A program made the position numbers and the translations under genes. 64,000 bases of DNA from Bacteroidales bacterium. GTDB taxonomy: Bacteria; Bacteroidota; Bacteroidia; Bacteroidales; UBA10428. Shown one piece after another: positions 1-9,395 of the stretch (positions are counted from its first letter, which is position 1; each line of letters begins with the position of its first letter). The DNA lies in assembly GCA_041737295.1 (NCBI GenBank), contig JBGSSA010000007.1, positions 17,653-81,652 on the forward strand, read 5' to 3'. The notes under the pieces are model-generated. The model was not told the DNA's origin, did not search any database, and saw only the letters and a program-made list of their open reading frames with translations.

Positions 1-2019
1 GAGCAAGCCCTTGCCCAGCCAAATAGTGTGGTTCTGACCAAACGCCAGAGTGTTAAATACTTTGGAAAAGGTTCGGCAATCGGACAACACCTCAGAATTG
101 GAAATGATACAACGTTATATACAATTACAGGTGTGATGGTTGATGTTCCTGAAAACTGTCATTTTGAATTTGACCTGCTTATCTCCTTCCTTTCGCATCC
201 CAGGGCCAACGATGATTTTTGGCTTTCCAACAGTTTTGCAACCTATGTATTGCTTAAGCCGGGGGCTTCAGAGCAGTCTGTTAAGGATAAGCTTCCCATG
301 CTGGTTAAAAAGTATGTGGGTCCCCAGGTCGAAAAAACCCTTGGTCTCGACCTGGAAGCATTTTCGGAAAAAGGCAATAAGTATGGACTTTTTATGCAAC
401 CTCTTTCCGATGTACATCTCAACCCTGAAATCGGTTCTGATTTCAAACAGGCCAACGACCGAAGGTATATTTATATATTTTCCGGAATAGCTTTTTTAAT
501 CCTCCTTGTTGCCGGGATAAATTACATGAACCTTTCCACCGCCCGGTCCACCAAGCGTTCGAGGGAAGTTGGCCTGCGCAAGGTTATGGGTTCCTCACGG
601 GCTTTGCTCATCCGGCAGTTTATGGTTGAATCTGTACTGTTAACATTGATTTCGCTTTTGCTGGCAGTTGTTTTTGTGGAACTATTGCTACCTGTATTTA
701 ACAACATGCTGCAAACCAATCTCAATGTCGGATATTTTTCAAAATGGTACGTCATTCCCGGCTTACTGATCCTGGCTTTTCTGATCGGTATTATATCAGG
801 AAGCTATCCGGCATGGTTCCTTGCCTCATTTATGCCTGTGAAAGTTTTATACGGTAAGTTAAAACTGGGCTTCTCGAATGTAAGGTTGAGAAGCGTTCTC
901 GTGGTGTTTCAGTTTATGGTCTCAATAGCGCTCATATTGTGTACAATGATTATTTACAGACAGATTCATTATATGATCAATAAGGATCTGGGCTTTAATA
1001 AAGAACAGATGCTCGTTATCCGGCGCATGGAGCCTATGAATAAAAAGATCATTCCATTTAAGGAGGAGATTGCAAAGATCCCGGGAGTATTAGGTTCTGC
1101 CAATTCAACTGCAATTCCCGGTTATCCGAATAACAATAATGGATTTCAGATTGATGGCAGGCCGGCGGAAGAAACTTACCTGATGCAGGTTAACTGGGTA
1201 GATTATGACTATTTGAACACATATAAGATTCCAATTCAGGAAGGAAGGATGTTTGACAAGGGCTTTGCTGCTGATAGCAGTATGGTGATCATTAATGAGG
1301 AAGCTGTGCGTCGGTTTGCATTAACAGATCCATTCAATGCACGATTTATAGAACCCGGAAAAACCCTCGAAGAAAGAAGATATCACAATGTGGTAGGTAT
1401 AACGAAGAACTTTCATTATCAGTCACTTCGAATGAATATTGAGCCCTGTGTGTTCATGCTGAAACCTGAAGGATGGGATTGGGCGGGCTATCTTACGATC
1501 CGTCTGGACAAAGATAATATTGACAGGACTATTGAACAGATAAGCAAAACCTGGCATAAATTTACAAATGACGAACCCTTCCAGTATTTCTTTCTTGACC
1601 AGGAATTCGAGAAATTCTATAAGGAAGAAAAGCGTACAGCCCGCATTGCAGTGGCTTTTTCCATACTTGCTATTTTTATTGCCAGCCTTGGACTGTTTGG
1701 TCTTACCTCGTTTGCAACAGAACAGCGTGCCCGGGAAATAAGCCTTCGTAAAGTACTGGGATCCTCACTTTCGGGGATCGTATTGCTGTTCGTGCGTGAA
1801 GTATTTGTTTTGATAGCTATTTCTACAATTCCGGCATGGATAATCACTTATTTTCTTATGAATAAGTGGCTTCAAAATTTCCATTTCCGGAGTCATATGA
1901 ATATTGGAGAATTTTTACTTTCTTTTTTCATCACCCTGGTTATTGCACTTATAACAGTTTGCTACCGTACGTATAGGGCAGGAATGGCAAACCCGGCGGA
2001 AGTACTTAAGTATGAGTGA
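1..2019 (+). CDS. ABC transporter permease, FtsX/MacB-like (5' end lies upstream of the window)
   Basis: The frame is open from base 1 (EQALAQPNSVVLTKRQ...). Two FtsX-type TM bundles are each preceded by an LRKV(M/L)GSS motif, with large extracytoplasmic domains between them. Stop TGA at 2017-2019. Confidence 0.8.
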   Translation, partial: EQALAQPNSVVLTKRQSVKYFGKGSAIGQHLRIGNDTTLYTITGVMVDVPENCHFEFDLLISFLSHPRANDDFWLSNSFATYVLLKPGASEQSVKDKLPMLVKKYVGPQVEKTLGLDLEAFSEKGNKYGLFMQPLSDVHLNPEIGSDFKQANDRRYIYIFSGIAFLILLVAGINYMNLSTARSTKRSREVGLRKVMGSSRALLIRQFMVESVLLTLISLLLAVVFVELLLPVFNNMLQTNLNVGYFSKWYVIPGLLILAFLIGIISGSYPAWFLASFMPVKVLYGKLKLGFSNVRLRSVLVVFQFMVSIALILCTMIIYRQIHYMINKDLGFNKEQMLVIRRMEPMNKKIIPFKEEIAKIPGVLGSANSTAIPGYPNNNNGFQIDGRPAEETYLMQVNWVDYDYLNTYKIPIQEGRMFDKGFAADSSMVIINEEAVRRFALTDPFNARFIEPGKTLEERRYHNVVGITKNFHYQSLRMNIEPCVFMLKPEGWDWAGYLTIRLDKDNIDRTIEQISKTWHKFTNDEPFQYFFLDQEFEKFYKEEKRTARIAVAFSILAIFIASLGLFGLTSFATEQRAREISLRKVLGSSLSGIVLLFVREVFVLIAISTIPAWIITYFLMNKWLQNFHFRSHMNIGEFLLSFFITLVIALITVCYRTYRAGMANPAEVLKYE

Positions 2020-2042
2020 CGAGGGACAAGTGACGAGGGACA
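2015..2042. repeat. Tandem 14-mer x2 (agtgacgagggaca) overlapping the permease stop codon
   Basis: Direct reading: agtgacgagggaca agtgacgagggaca. Confidence 0.9.
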
Positions 2043-2134
2043 AGGAGGAATTAGTTTTGCAGTTGTAGAAACAAGGCATTGCCTTGTCTGTACGATTTCC
2101 AACAAATGAAATGAACACAGTTCTGCAGTCTTGC

Positions 2135-2177
2135 AGAAGATTGCCACAAAATCCACCCCCTGCCCCCGCCAGCGGGG
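2135..2177 (+). repeat. 43-bp dispersed repeat, copy 1 (identical to 21180-21222)
   Basis: agaagattgccacaaaatccaccccctgcccccgccagcgggg is present at both loci in the same orientation, 43/43 identical. It contains a small GC hairpin, ccccgc/gcgggg. Confidence 0.95.
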
Positions 2178-2183
2178 TCAGCT

Positions 2184-2225
2184 AAATCGTAAATCGTAAA
2201 TCGTAAATCGTAAATCGTAAATCCT
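2184..2225. repeat. Heptamer tandem array (aaatcgt)x5 plus one degenerate unit
   Basis: Direct reading. The array ends 5 nt before the stop of the convergent aldo/keto reductase gene. It is the reverse complement of the array at 21114-21155. Confidence 0.95.
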
Positions 2226-2230
2226 ACCGT

Positions 2231-3226
2231 TTACTTCCCTTTCAGAATCACTTCAATCTTTTCCAATTCATCTTTTGAAAAAGATGTGTTCTTAAGCGCT
2301 CCCAGGTTATCCATTAACTGATCGACCGAACTGGCTCCTATGAGCACGGAGGTAACCCTTTTATCCTTCAGGAGCCATGCTATAGCCATTTCAGCCAGGG
2401 TTTGATTTCTTGAAATGGCGATGTCATTCAGCTTTCTGATTTTTGCCAGCCTGTCGGGGGTTATATCATTTTCTTTTAAAAAGCCATGCGGCTTTGAAGC
2501 TCTCGATCCTTCAGGAATGCCTTTTAAATAACGGTTGGTAAGCATGCCCTGTGCCAGGGGGGAAAAGGCAATGAGACCAATTCCTTCTTCTTCGAGCACG
2601 TCAAGCAGGCCGTTTTCCACCCATCTTTCAAACATTGAATATTTTGGCTGATGGATCAGGCATGGGGTACCCATCTTTTTCAGCAAGCCCGATGCAATTT
2701 TTGTTTGTTCGGCCGGATAGTTTGATATTCCGGCATACAGGGCCTTTCCCTGCTTTACAGCATGCGCAAGGGCTCCCATGGTTTCCTCCAGGGGTGTATT
2801 CGGGTCAGGACGGTGGGAATAAAAAATATCGACATACTCGAGGTCCATCCTCTTCAGACTCTGATCCAGACTTGAAAGAAGATATTTTCTGGATCCCCAT
2901 TCCCCATAAGGACCATCCCACATGCGGTACCCGGCTTTTGTGGAAATGATCATCTCATCCCGGTATGGCCTGAAATCCTTATTCATAATGATACCAAAAT
3001 TCTCTTCTGCACTACCGGGAGGAGGGCCGTAATTGTTGGCAAGGTCGAAGTGCGTGATTCCATTGTCAAAAGCGGCACGCATCATAGCCCTTCCGTTTTC
3101 GAAAATGTCCACACCACCGAAATTATGCCATAAACCCAGCGAAATCAAAGGTAATTTAAGACCACTTATACCACAATTAGCATATGCTGTTTTTCCATAA
3201 CGGTCGGGAAGAGGCTGATATTCCAT
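2231..3226 (-). CDS. Aldo/keto reductase (YghZ/Tas-like type)
   Basis: 331 aa. AKR-type segments GITHFDLANNYGPPPG, YAGISNY and SPLAQGMLT. Full-length ORF with ATG start. Confidence 0.9.
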   Translation of the reverse strand: MEYQPLPDRYGKTAYANCGISGLKLPLISLGLWHNFGGVDIFENGRAMMRAAFDNGITHFDLANNYGPPPGSAEENFGIIMNKDFRPYRDEMIISTKAGYRMWDGPYGEWGSRKYLLSSLDQSLKRMDLEYVDIFYSHRPDPNTPLEETMGALAHAVKQGKALYAGISNYPAEQTKIASGLLKKMGTPCLIHQPKYSMFERWVENGLLDVLEEEGIGLIAFSPLAQGMLTNRYLKGIPEGSRASKPHGFLKENDITPDRLAKIRKLNDIAISRNQTLAEMAIAWLLKDKRVTSVLIGASSVDQLMDNLGALKNTSFSKDELEKIEVILKGK

Positions 3227-3312
3227 AATTTATGTTTTTTCTCAAAGTTAATAATAATAATTTGGGGTTTAGATTTCTTTTAATATCTTTATTTTGAAAA
3301 TCTCCTTGCTTC

Positions 3313-3687
3313 ATGCAGCCATTAGATATTAAAGCCACCAATGACACTCCCAGGGTAATTTTTGATCCGGACAATGATATTTTTGAGATTACCGGAAGAT
3401 CATTGCCTGAGGATGTTGTTACCTTTTATCAGCCTGTATTGGATTGGCTTGATGATTATGCTTCCCATCCCATTAAGAAGACAGAATTCATTTTTAAATA
3501 TATCTATTTCAATACAGCCACATCCAAGCTTGTTCAGGATATTCTTTTTAAACTTGAATTCCTGAAAGAAGCGGGTCATTCGGTCAATATCTTATGGTAT
3601 TATGAACAGGATGATGAGGACATGTATGATTTGGGACTGGAATTCAAAGAAAACATCGATCTCCCTTTTGAACTGGTCGGATATTGA
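3313..3687 (+). CDS. DUF1987 / SiaC-family small regulatory protein
   Basis: 124 aa. Pattern TP.V.FD....F.I.G.S.PED....Y.PV..WL..Y ... YFNT..SK ... W.YE.DDEDM...G is typical of DUF1987 (SiaC-like). Confidence 0.75.
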   Translation: MQPLDIKATNDTPRVIFDPDNDIFEITGRSLPEDVVTFYQPVLDWLDDYASHPIKKTEFIFKYIYFNTATSKLVQDILFKLEFLKEAGHSVNILWYYEQDDEDMYDLGLEFKENIDLPFELVGY

Positions 3688-3736
3688 ATCTGTAGCATTT
3701 TATCTGACCAATTCTTTCCGTCGGATTACCCGAGGG

Positions 3737-4762
3737 CTATATATCTCCCAAATCAGATTCTTTAAGAATTTCAATTGCTTCCCGGCTGTTCTTTTCTTCA
3801 GTAAGATCAAAAGTACCTGCCCATTTTCCCTTATATTGCACGATACGGTTACTGCAGATGATTTGGGTTTCTTCTTCTGAAAAGTCCTTTAGCAGCAGTT
3901 TCCCAAAGGAAAAATCCCCGGGTTTCTTTATTTTTCCTGAAGTGAAATCAGATCCATAGCGCATAAGTTCTACAAGTCCCTCAACCGGACCGGCCGATAG
4001 GTGAAACCCGTTCTGGCTGGCAGAGACTTCATCTAACCCGAATTTTTCCCTGTTAACAAGCAATTCATTACGGAGGCTTCCGGGCGCCGCGTTTGCAGGA
4101 TTTGTCTTTCCAATAAACTCATTTCTCGCCACAGCCCAGTCCAGGTTTCCCGTCAGCCTGAATGGAATGATCATCCGGCCTTCTTCAGTAAAATGAATAA
4201 GTTGTTTTGGATGAAATCCGTTAATAAGGTAAATATTCTCACTGCCCGTTTTTACATGGGCACAGTAATTTCCCCCGGATAATTTTACGGACTGGCTCGA
4301 TTGCCATACCTGCAGAAGGCTGTCAGGAGTATATGCCGGATATTTCCGTAGGAATTGAAGGCTTCCAAGCAGGTTGACATCCTCAGGAGCATGACCATAT
4401 ACTTCCATGAACTTACTTTTAGCTTCCGTTGTAAACACCTTCAGCGGATCACGGCTCAACCCATTTATCACTCCATAATGCTGTGCGATGATATCATATT
4501 TTTCAAGATAAGAGGCACCCAGCAACCGGATATCCCTGATAATAAAACCAAATTGAGAAATTTTTCTCAAAAGCAATTCAAGAATAGCCCCAAGATTGTC
4601 TTCATCATTCAATAACAGGATCTCAGGCTTAATAAAAAACAGGAATTCATGTTGCTGATCCTGCTGATCCGGGTTCACATATATTGTGGAAGCTGAATTG
4701 CTTTTTCCCTTTGCAGCCATTGTCTGGTGCAGGATTTGCTGAATAATTGCTGTATTGTCCAT
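3737..4762 (-). CDS. Nucleoside-diphosphate-kinase-like protein with an internal insertion and a C-terminal extension
   Basis: 341 aa. NDK-like beta1 segment FFIKPE, GKTNPANAAPGSLRNEL (compare NDK GxTNPxxxxPGTIRGD) and NGFHLSAG (compare NxxHGSD active-site His). About 90 aa is inserted and about 70 aa is added at the C-terminus. Confidence 0.5.
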   Translation of the reverse strand: MDNTAIIQQILHQTMAAKGKSNSASTIYVNPDQQDQQHEFLFFIKPEILLLNDEDNLGAILELLLRKISQFGFIIRDIRLLGASYLEKYDIIAQHYGVINGLSRDPLKVFTTEAKSKFMEVYGHAPEDVNLLGSLQFLRKYPAYTPDSLLQVWQSSQSVKLSGGNYCAHVKTGSENIYLINGFHPKQLIHFTEEGRMIIPFRLTGNLDWAVARNEFIGKTNPANAAPGSLRNELLVNREKFGLDEVSASQNGFHLSAGPVEGLVELMRYGSDFTSGKIKKPGDFSFGKLLLKDFSEEETQIICSNRIVQYKGKWAGTFDLTEEKNSREAIEILKESDLGDI

Positions 4763-5158
4763 AGGTCAGGCCGGATGAATGAATAATAATCTGTTTAACA
4801 GTATCGGAAAAAGTTTAATTCACATACATTATGGCATCATTCTTGTATAGTTTATAGCATCTGGTCAAATAGTTATATACCCAAACAATGTAATTGCGTA
4901 TACGATGTTAAAGATCCCAAAAATAATGAAGAATCCTATACGAAGTACATTGGAACTTTTAAGGGCTAAAGACAGTTACAACCGTATCAGCTTGAAATTA
5001 AACTGGGCTCATGATAAGATGAGCAAATTCGATCGTCAGCTATTGGATTACGGGGATTCAAGGATTGATGCGACCAATGAAAAACGTAAATGCCTGTCTG
5101 AAGGACTCAAAATTTGCAGGTAATTCCAATCTAAGCTTTCCATATTAGCCTTTTCCCG

Positions 5159-7087
5159 CTATTTTATTATTTTCAACTCCGTACGCCTGTTTTGGGCCCT
5201 TCCTTCCTCCGTATCATTTGAAGCCACCGCAACACTCATTCCATATCCCCTGGATACAATTCGTTGCGCATTTACCGATGCCGCGGTCAGGTATTTGGCA
5301 ACGGTTTTTGCCCGATTTTCTGACAATACCTGGTTATATGCTGCATCCCCTACATTATCTGTATATCCGCTGATTTCAATACGTATTCCCGGGTTAATCT
5401 TCAAAAACTGCACAACCTTATTCAGTTCTATTTCAGATTCCTTTCTCAGGGCATAGGAATCTGTTTCATAAAACACATTTTTCAGGATAATGCTTTTCCC
5501 TATTTCAATGGGTTGCAGGGGAACATCCTTTAATAACGGCGTATCCTGGTATAAAACTCCCTTGAGTGAGAAATTTTCAGAGTAGAACAGGTATCCCTTT
5601 CGGGAAACATTAAGCATATAATTGTGATCCACGGGTATACTCACCACAAATTCTCCGGTAACACTGTCCGAATATGACCTGTAAAAATCCTTTCCACTAT
5701 CCAGATCAATCAATTCAAAACGGGCCCGGAGTAAATTATTGGTAACGGCATCCAGCACCCGGCCTTTCATATAGGTAGTCATGGAGGGTCTGCCCTGAAC
5801 CGGCATATCGAATGAGAAGATATCCTTGCCCTGAGCCCTGTCGATATTAGAGGCGAAATAAGCTTTATCACCCCTTGCATTGACAATCAACCCAATTTCA
5901 TCCCGGTTTGTGTTGATCGGATATCCGAGATTGACTGCTTTTCTCCATTTCCCTTCGTCGTTTTTCCTGGTGACAAAAATATCGTAGCTTCCCAATCCAA
6001 TCAATCCATCTGATGAAAAGTAAAGGGATTTATTATCAGGATGAATGAATGGTGACATTTCCGTCCCGGCGGAATTAATGCTGTCACCCATATTTTGAGG
6101 GACTGTCCAGCGGTCCGCAGAATCTTTATAGGATACCCATATGTCATGATTCCCTTTCCCTCCCGGCCGGTCACTTGCGAAATACAGTGTTCTGCCATCG
6201 GGTGTAATTGATGGCTGTGTCTCCCTGAATGAAGTATTAATCGGCTTGCCCATGTTTTGAGGTGTGGACCACTTATCACCTCTCCGGATACTCCAGTATA
6301 GATCACATCTTCCTACCCCATCATTTCTGTTACAGGCGGTAAAGACCATCAGTCGTCCGTCCCCCGATAATGTCTGGGCACCTTCGTTATCCGATGTGTT
6401 GATCGGGGATCCCAGGTTTTTTGCCATGCTCCAGCCATTTTTTTCCCGGGTGCTTATAAAAAAATCCTCCTGGATCTTTTTAAAAAAGTCGTCGCTTTTA
6501 ATCAGCCGGGTTATGACAAGGGTTTGTTCATCAGCGGAAAGACTTGGCCAATAGTCATCCAGTGTCGAATTTACCCCGGTTCCCAGGTTTTCCGGCTTAA
6601 AGTCAACCGGATGCCTGACAGCATCCAGTGAAAATGTGCTCCGGACAATGCCATCCTTTGCTTTCTCCTCATTCTTGGCAACGCCTGTATGGAGCCGAAG
6701 AAAATGATTATAGGATTCCAGGGCTTCAGCATATTGCGCCTCCTCATATTGTAACTGGCCAAGACGGACAAAACCAAAGGGATAATACAGTTCATTGATT
6801 TTAAGTCCTTTTTTATATGCGTCAATGGCTTTGAGAGGCTTTCCCCAGTCCTGTTCCACTTCAGCAAGCAACATATAGGCGTCAATAAATGATGAATCTG
6901 CCCGAATGGCCTCACCCAGGAATTTTTCCGCCATATCAAAATTTCGCATTGAATAATCCTGGAGGGCACGATTGTACGCTTCCATGGCTTTTTTCGAAGC
7001 AGTCGATGGTTTGGTCTGCGCAATCAGCATATCCCACGGGATAACCAGCATAGCCAGCAGAATAATAATCCTTAAGTTTAATAGCAT
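5159..7087 (-). CDS. OmpA-family protein with N-terminal TPR and TolB-like beta-propeller repeats
   Basis: Signal peptide. TPR-like N-terminal region. Repeated W(S/T)xPxN(L/M)GxPINT motifs. C-terminal OmpA domain ISGYTDNVGD...NRAKTV...NRRTELKII. Confidence 0.85.
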   Translation of the reverse strand: MLLNLRIIILLAMLVIPWDMLIAQTKPSTASKKAMEAYNRALQDYSMRNFDMAEKFLGEAIRADSSFIDAYMLLAEVEQDWGKPLKAIDAYKKGLKINELYYPFGFVRLGQLQYEEAQYAEALESYNHFLRLHTGVAKNEEKAKDGIVRSTFSLDAVRHPVDFKPENLGTGVNSTLDDYWPSLSADEQTLVITRLIKSDDFFKKIQEDFFISTREKNGWSMAKNLGSPINTSDNEGAQTLSGDGRLMVFTACNRNDGVGRCDLYWSIRRGDKWSTPQNMGKPINTSFRETQPSITPDGRTLYFASDRPGGKGNHDIWVSYKDSADRWTVPQNMGDSINSAGTEMSPFIHPDNKSLYFSSDGLIGLGSYDIFVTRKNDEGKWRKAVNLGYPINTNRDEIGLIVNARGDKAYFASNIDRAQGKDIFSFDMPVQGRPSMTTYMKGRVLDAVTNNLLRARFELIDLDSGKDFYRSYSDSVTGEFVVSIPVDHNYMLNVSRKGYLFYSENFSLKGVLYQDTPLLKDVPLQPIEIGKSIILKNVFYETDSYALRKESEIELNKVVQFLKINPGIRIEISGYTDNVGDAAYNQVLSENRAKTVAKYLTAASVNAQRIVSRGYGMSVAVASNDTEEGRAQNRRTELKIIK

Positions 7088-7099
7088 TCCTGGCCTGAA

Positions 7100-9001
7100 T
7101 TAGTTCTTAATGAACCGGGTCTGATAGAACTCTTCCTTTTCATTAATGATAACAAAATACATGCCTTTGGCCAATTGGCTGACATCAATGGTCTTTTCCG
7201 AAGTATTTGCCTCCTCGGTGAAAAGGATCTTTCCGGAAGCATCTGCAAGGTATACTGTATAATCATGCACCGGATCGGTAAAATGCAGGGTAATATTATG
7301 CCTGGCAGGATTTGGTACAAGCACAAAATGAGACTCCTGCTCCTTTCCAATCCTGCTGACCCCGTTTACATCCATAATCAGCCAGTGATTCGGATCTACA
7401 ATTACGGATGAGATCAGCCCCGGAAGGTAAACCTGCCAGTTGTCAAGTCCTGATTCCTGCCGGTGGGTAATAATTGTATCACGATTGATTAGCGAAACCT
7501 GGTATTCGACCAGGGTATTAAATACAGGAGTGGAAGCTGAGGGGGTTTGAAGGGAGCGGACATATAAGGTATCATTCCTATGAAACCAGTTAACGGCCAG
7601 AACAGGATATCCTTCTCCCTTATACCATTGTTGGAAAAAAAGATCAAAGTTCTGCCCGGTCATTTCGGCAAGCAATTCTTTGAATTCATCGCCTGTAGCT
7701 GTATTGTTCCGGTACCGGATTAAAAATTCCTTTAATATTGAAAAAAACAACTCATCGTTTCCAATTTCCTGGCGAATCATATGAATGATTGCAGCCCCTT
7801 TTGCATAGGTTAACCTGTAATCAAAAATACGGCTTTCATTAACAGCAAATTCTTCTGGCACATACACGCTTCCGCCGGGCAGGGATTTCACATATTCCTG
7901 GGTTCTTATGATCCAGTTGTCAGCTTCCGTCTGTGAATTAAGATACTGGTGTGCCAGGTATTCAGCATAGGATGCAAATCCTTCATTAACCCAAATATCC
8001 TGCCATGTTTCACAGGTAACATAATCCCCGAACCATTGATGGGCTAATTCATGTGAAACCAATGTAAAGGAAAAATTTGCGATTGTCGTCATGGTTTGAT
8101 GTTCCATACCGCCGCCTGATGGTGCAGTGCAATGCCCGTATTTTTCATTTTTAAAAGGATAATCCCCAAATAAATCGGAGAATAACTTTATCATATCAGA
8201 AGTTTCGTCAATTAACTGCTTATTTTGGGTGAAATAGGCTTCATCATTATAAATGTAATTCTGCACCAGTACAGAATCAGTTTCATTCACCGGTGCATAA
8301 AAGCTATAATCCATATAATCTCCAACGGAAAAGGATATCAGGTAATAAACAATCGGATAACGACTCTTCCATTCATATCTCACCCTGTTACCCGGTAATT
8401 CCGTCGACGCTGTCAGTACCCCATTCGATCCCGCTTTCAGGTGTTTATCCGTACTTAAAAAAACATACGCTGAATCCGCCTTGTCAGTCAGGGACTGCTT
8501 GCAAGGAAACCAACTCATGGCATGAAATGATTCAGAAAGAGTCCAGGTCACCCGTTTATTAACCGAAACGTTGGATTTATTGTAAATACCCTGCACTTCA
8601 CCTGACGTACTGCCAAGTCCGTGATAAAACACATCAATTTCAATTATGGAACCTTCAGCCGTCATATCCGGCAACGTAACGGTCAAAATATCCCCGGCAT
8701 GATTGAATGTAACATTTTTTTGATTTACTTTGACTGAATCCGTATTTAGAAGGTGCAACATATCGAACATGATCTGCGATCCGGACTCCTCGTTTAGAAT
8801 CAGATGGATGGCAACATGCCCTTCTATATAGGTGGAGGTATCGCTGATATTCAGGTCGAGAAAGTAAAAACGAACATCGTAGTTTTGTCCTGTTTCACTT
8901 TTTAATTGAAAAGGATTAGCCGATGTTTCCTGTATATACCCATTGAGTGAAAATATGGAAACGAAAAATAACGCCAGGAATAATAGGGCTTGATTTCTCA
9001 T
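7100..9001 (-). CDS. M1-family zinc aminopeptidase with T9SS C-terminal sorting domain
   Basis: GGMEHQ exopeptidase motif. HELAHQWFGD-x-WVNEGFASYAEY (HEXXH-x18-E). Signal peptide. The last roughly 75 aa (LVPNPARHNITLHF...GMYFVIINE) look like a Por/T9SS CTD. Confidence 0.85.
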   Translation of the reverse strand: MRNQALLFLALFFVSIFSLNGYIQETSANPFQLKSETGQNYDVRFYFLDLNISDTSTYIEGHVAIHLILNEESGSQIMFDMLHLLNTDSVKVNQKNVTFNHAGDILTVTLPDMTAEGSIIEIDVFYHGLGSTSGEVQGIYNKSNVSVNKRVTWTLSESFHAMSWFPCKQSLTDKADSAYVFLSTDKHLKAGSNGVLTASTELPGNRVRYEWKSRYPIVYYLISFSVGDYMDYSFYAPVNETDSVLVQNYIYNDEAYFTQNKQLIDETSDMIKLFSDLFGDYPFKNEKYGHCTAPSGGGMEHQTMTTIANFSFTLVSHELAHQWFGDYVTCETWQDIWVNEGFASYAEYLAHQYLNSQTEADNWIIRTQEYVKSLPGGSVYVPEEFAVNESRIFDYRLTYAKGAAIIHMIRQEIGNDELFFSILKEFLIRYRNNTATGDEFKELLAEMTGQNFDLFFQQWYKGEGYPVLAVNWFHRNDTLYVRSLQTPSASTPVFNTLVEYQVSLINRDTIITHRQESGLDNWQVYLPGLISSVIVDPNHWLIMDVNGVSRIGKEQESHFVLVPNPARHNITLHFTDPVHDYTVYLADASGKILFTEEANTSEKTIDVSQLAKGMYFVIINEKEEFYQTRFIKN

Positions 9002-9275
9002 AGCTGATTAAATACTTACAGGTGATAAAAGTAGCGAAAATAGTCCTACCAAAAAAGCAAATCCCGGATGAACTCTATCACCCGGGACTTAACACCCAAA
9101 ACTAATAAACCCTATCTGACAAAAACCTATCTTAAATATCTTGTTATAACTATATTTTCTGATGAATAACTTACATACAAATTTACGGGGGTTATGAATT
9201 TAAGTTGAAAAAATACCGCTGATGTGCATTATAGTAAGCGTTGATATTTATCAATATGTCTTTTATTCATCCCAG

Positions 9276-9308
9276 GGTGAATGATTTACAGGTATTCACC
9301 AGGTGAAT
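9276..9308. promoter_or_regulatory. Three-half-site operator-like element GGTGAAT-N11-ATTCACC-A-GGTGAAT
   Basis: ggtgaat at 9276-9282, attcacc at 9294-9300, ggtgaat at 9302-9308. The last two form a perfect 15-bp palindrome about 90 nt upstream of the 9396 start. Confidence 0.35.
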
Positions 9309-9395
9309 CTTTATGTTTTTTTAACACTAATAGGACGCTGATAACGTTAATCACGAATCAAATTCACTATTTTTACCTTACATTATGGTGCTTTC

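Noticed and set aside
2184-2225. The possibility that the short tandem arrays (also at 21114-21155, 47391-47430 and 50913-50948) are CRISPR arrays.
   Set aside because: The units are 7-9 nt and contiguous with no spacers, and no cas genes are present, so these are micro/minisatellites.
4905-5123. A 72-aa plus-strand ORF in the 396-bp gap between two minus-strand genes.
   Set aside because: It has no motif and no promoter box that I could see, and it is Lys/Arg-rich with low information content. It may be real but is unsupported.
6571-7023. A 150-aa minus-strand ORF in another frame of the OmpA-family gene (and 6001-6306).
   Set aside because: It is fully nested within a well-supported longer CDS, and the alternative frame has no features.
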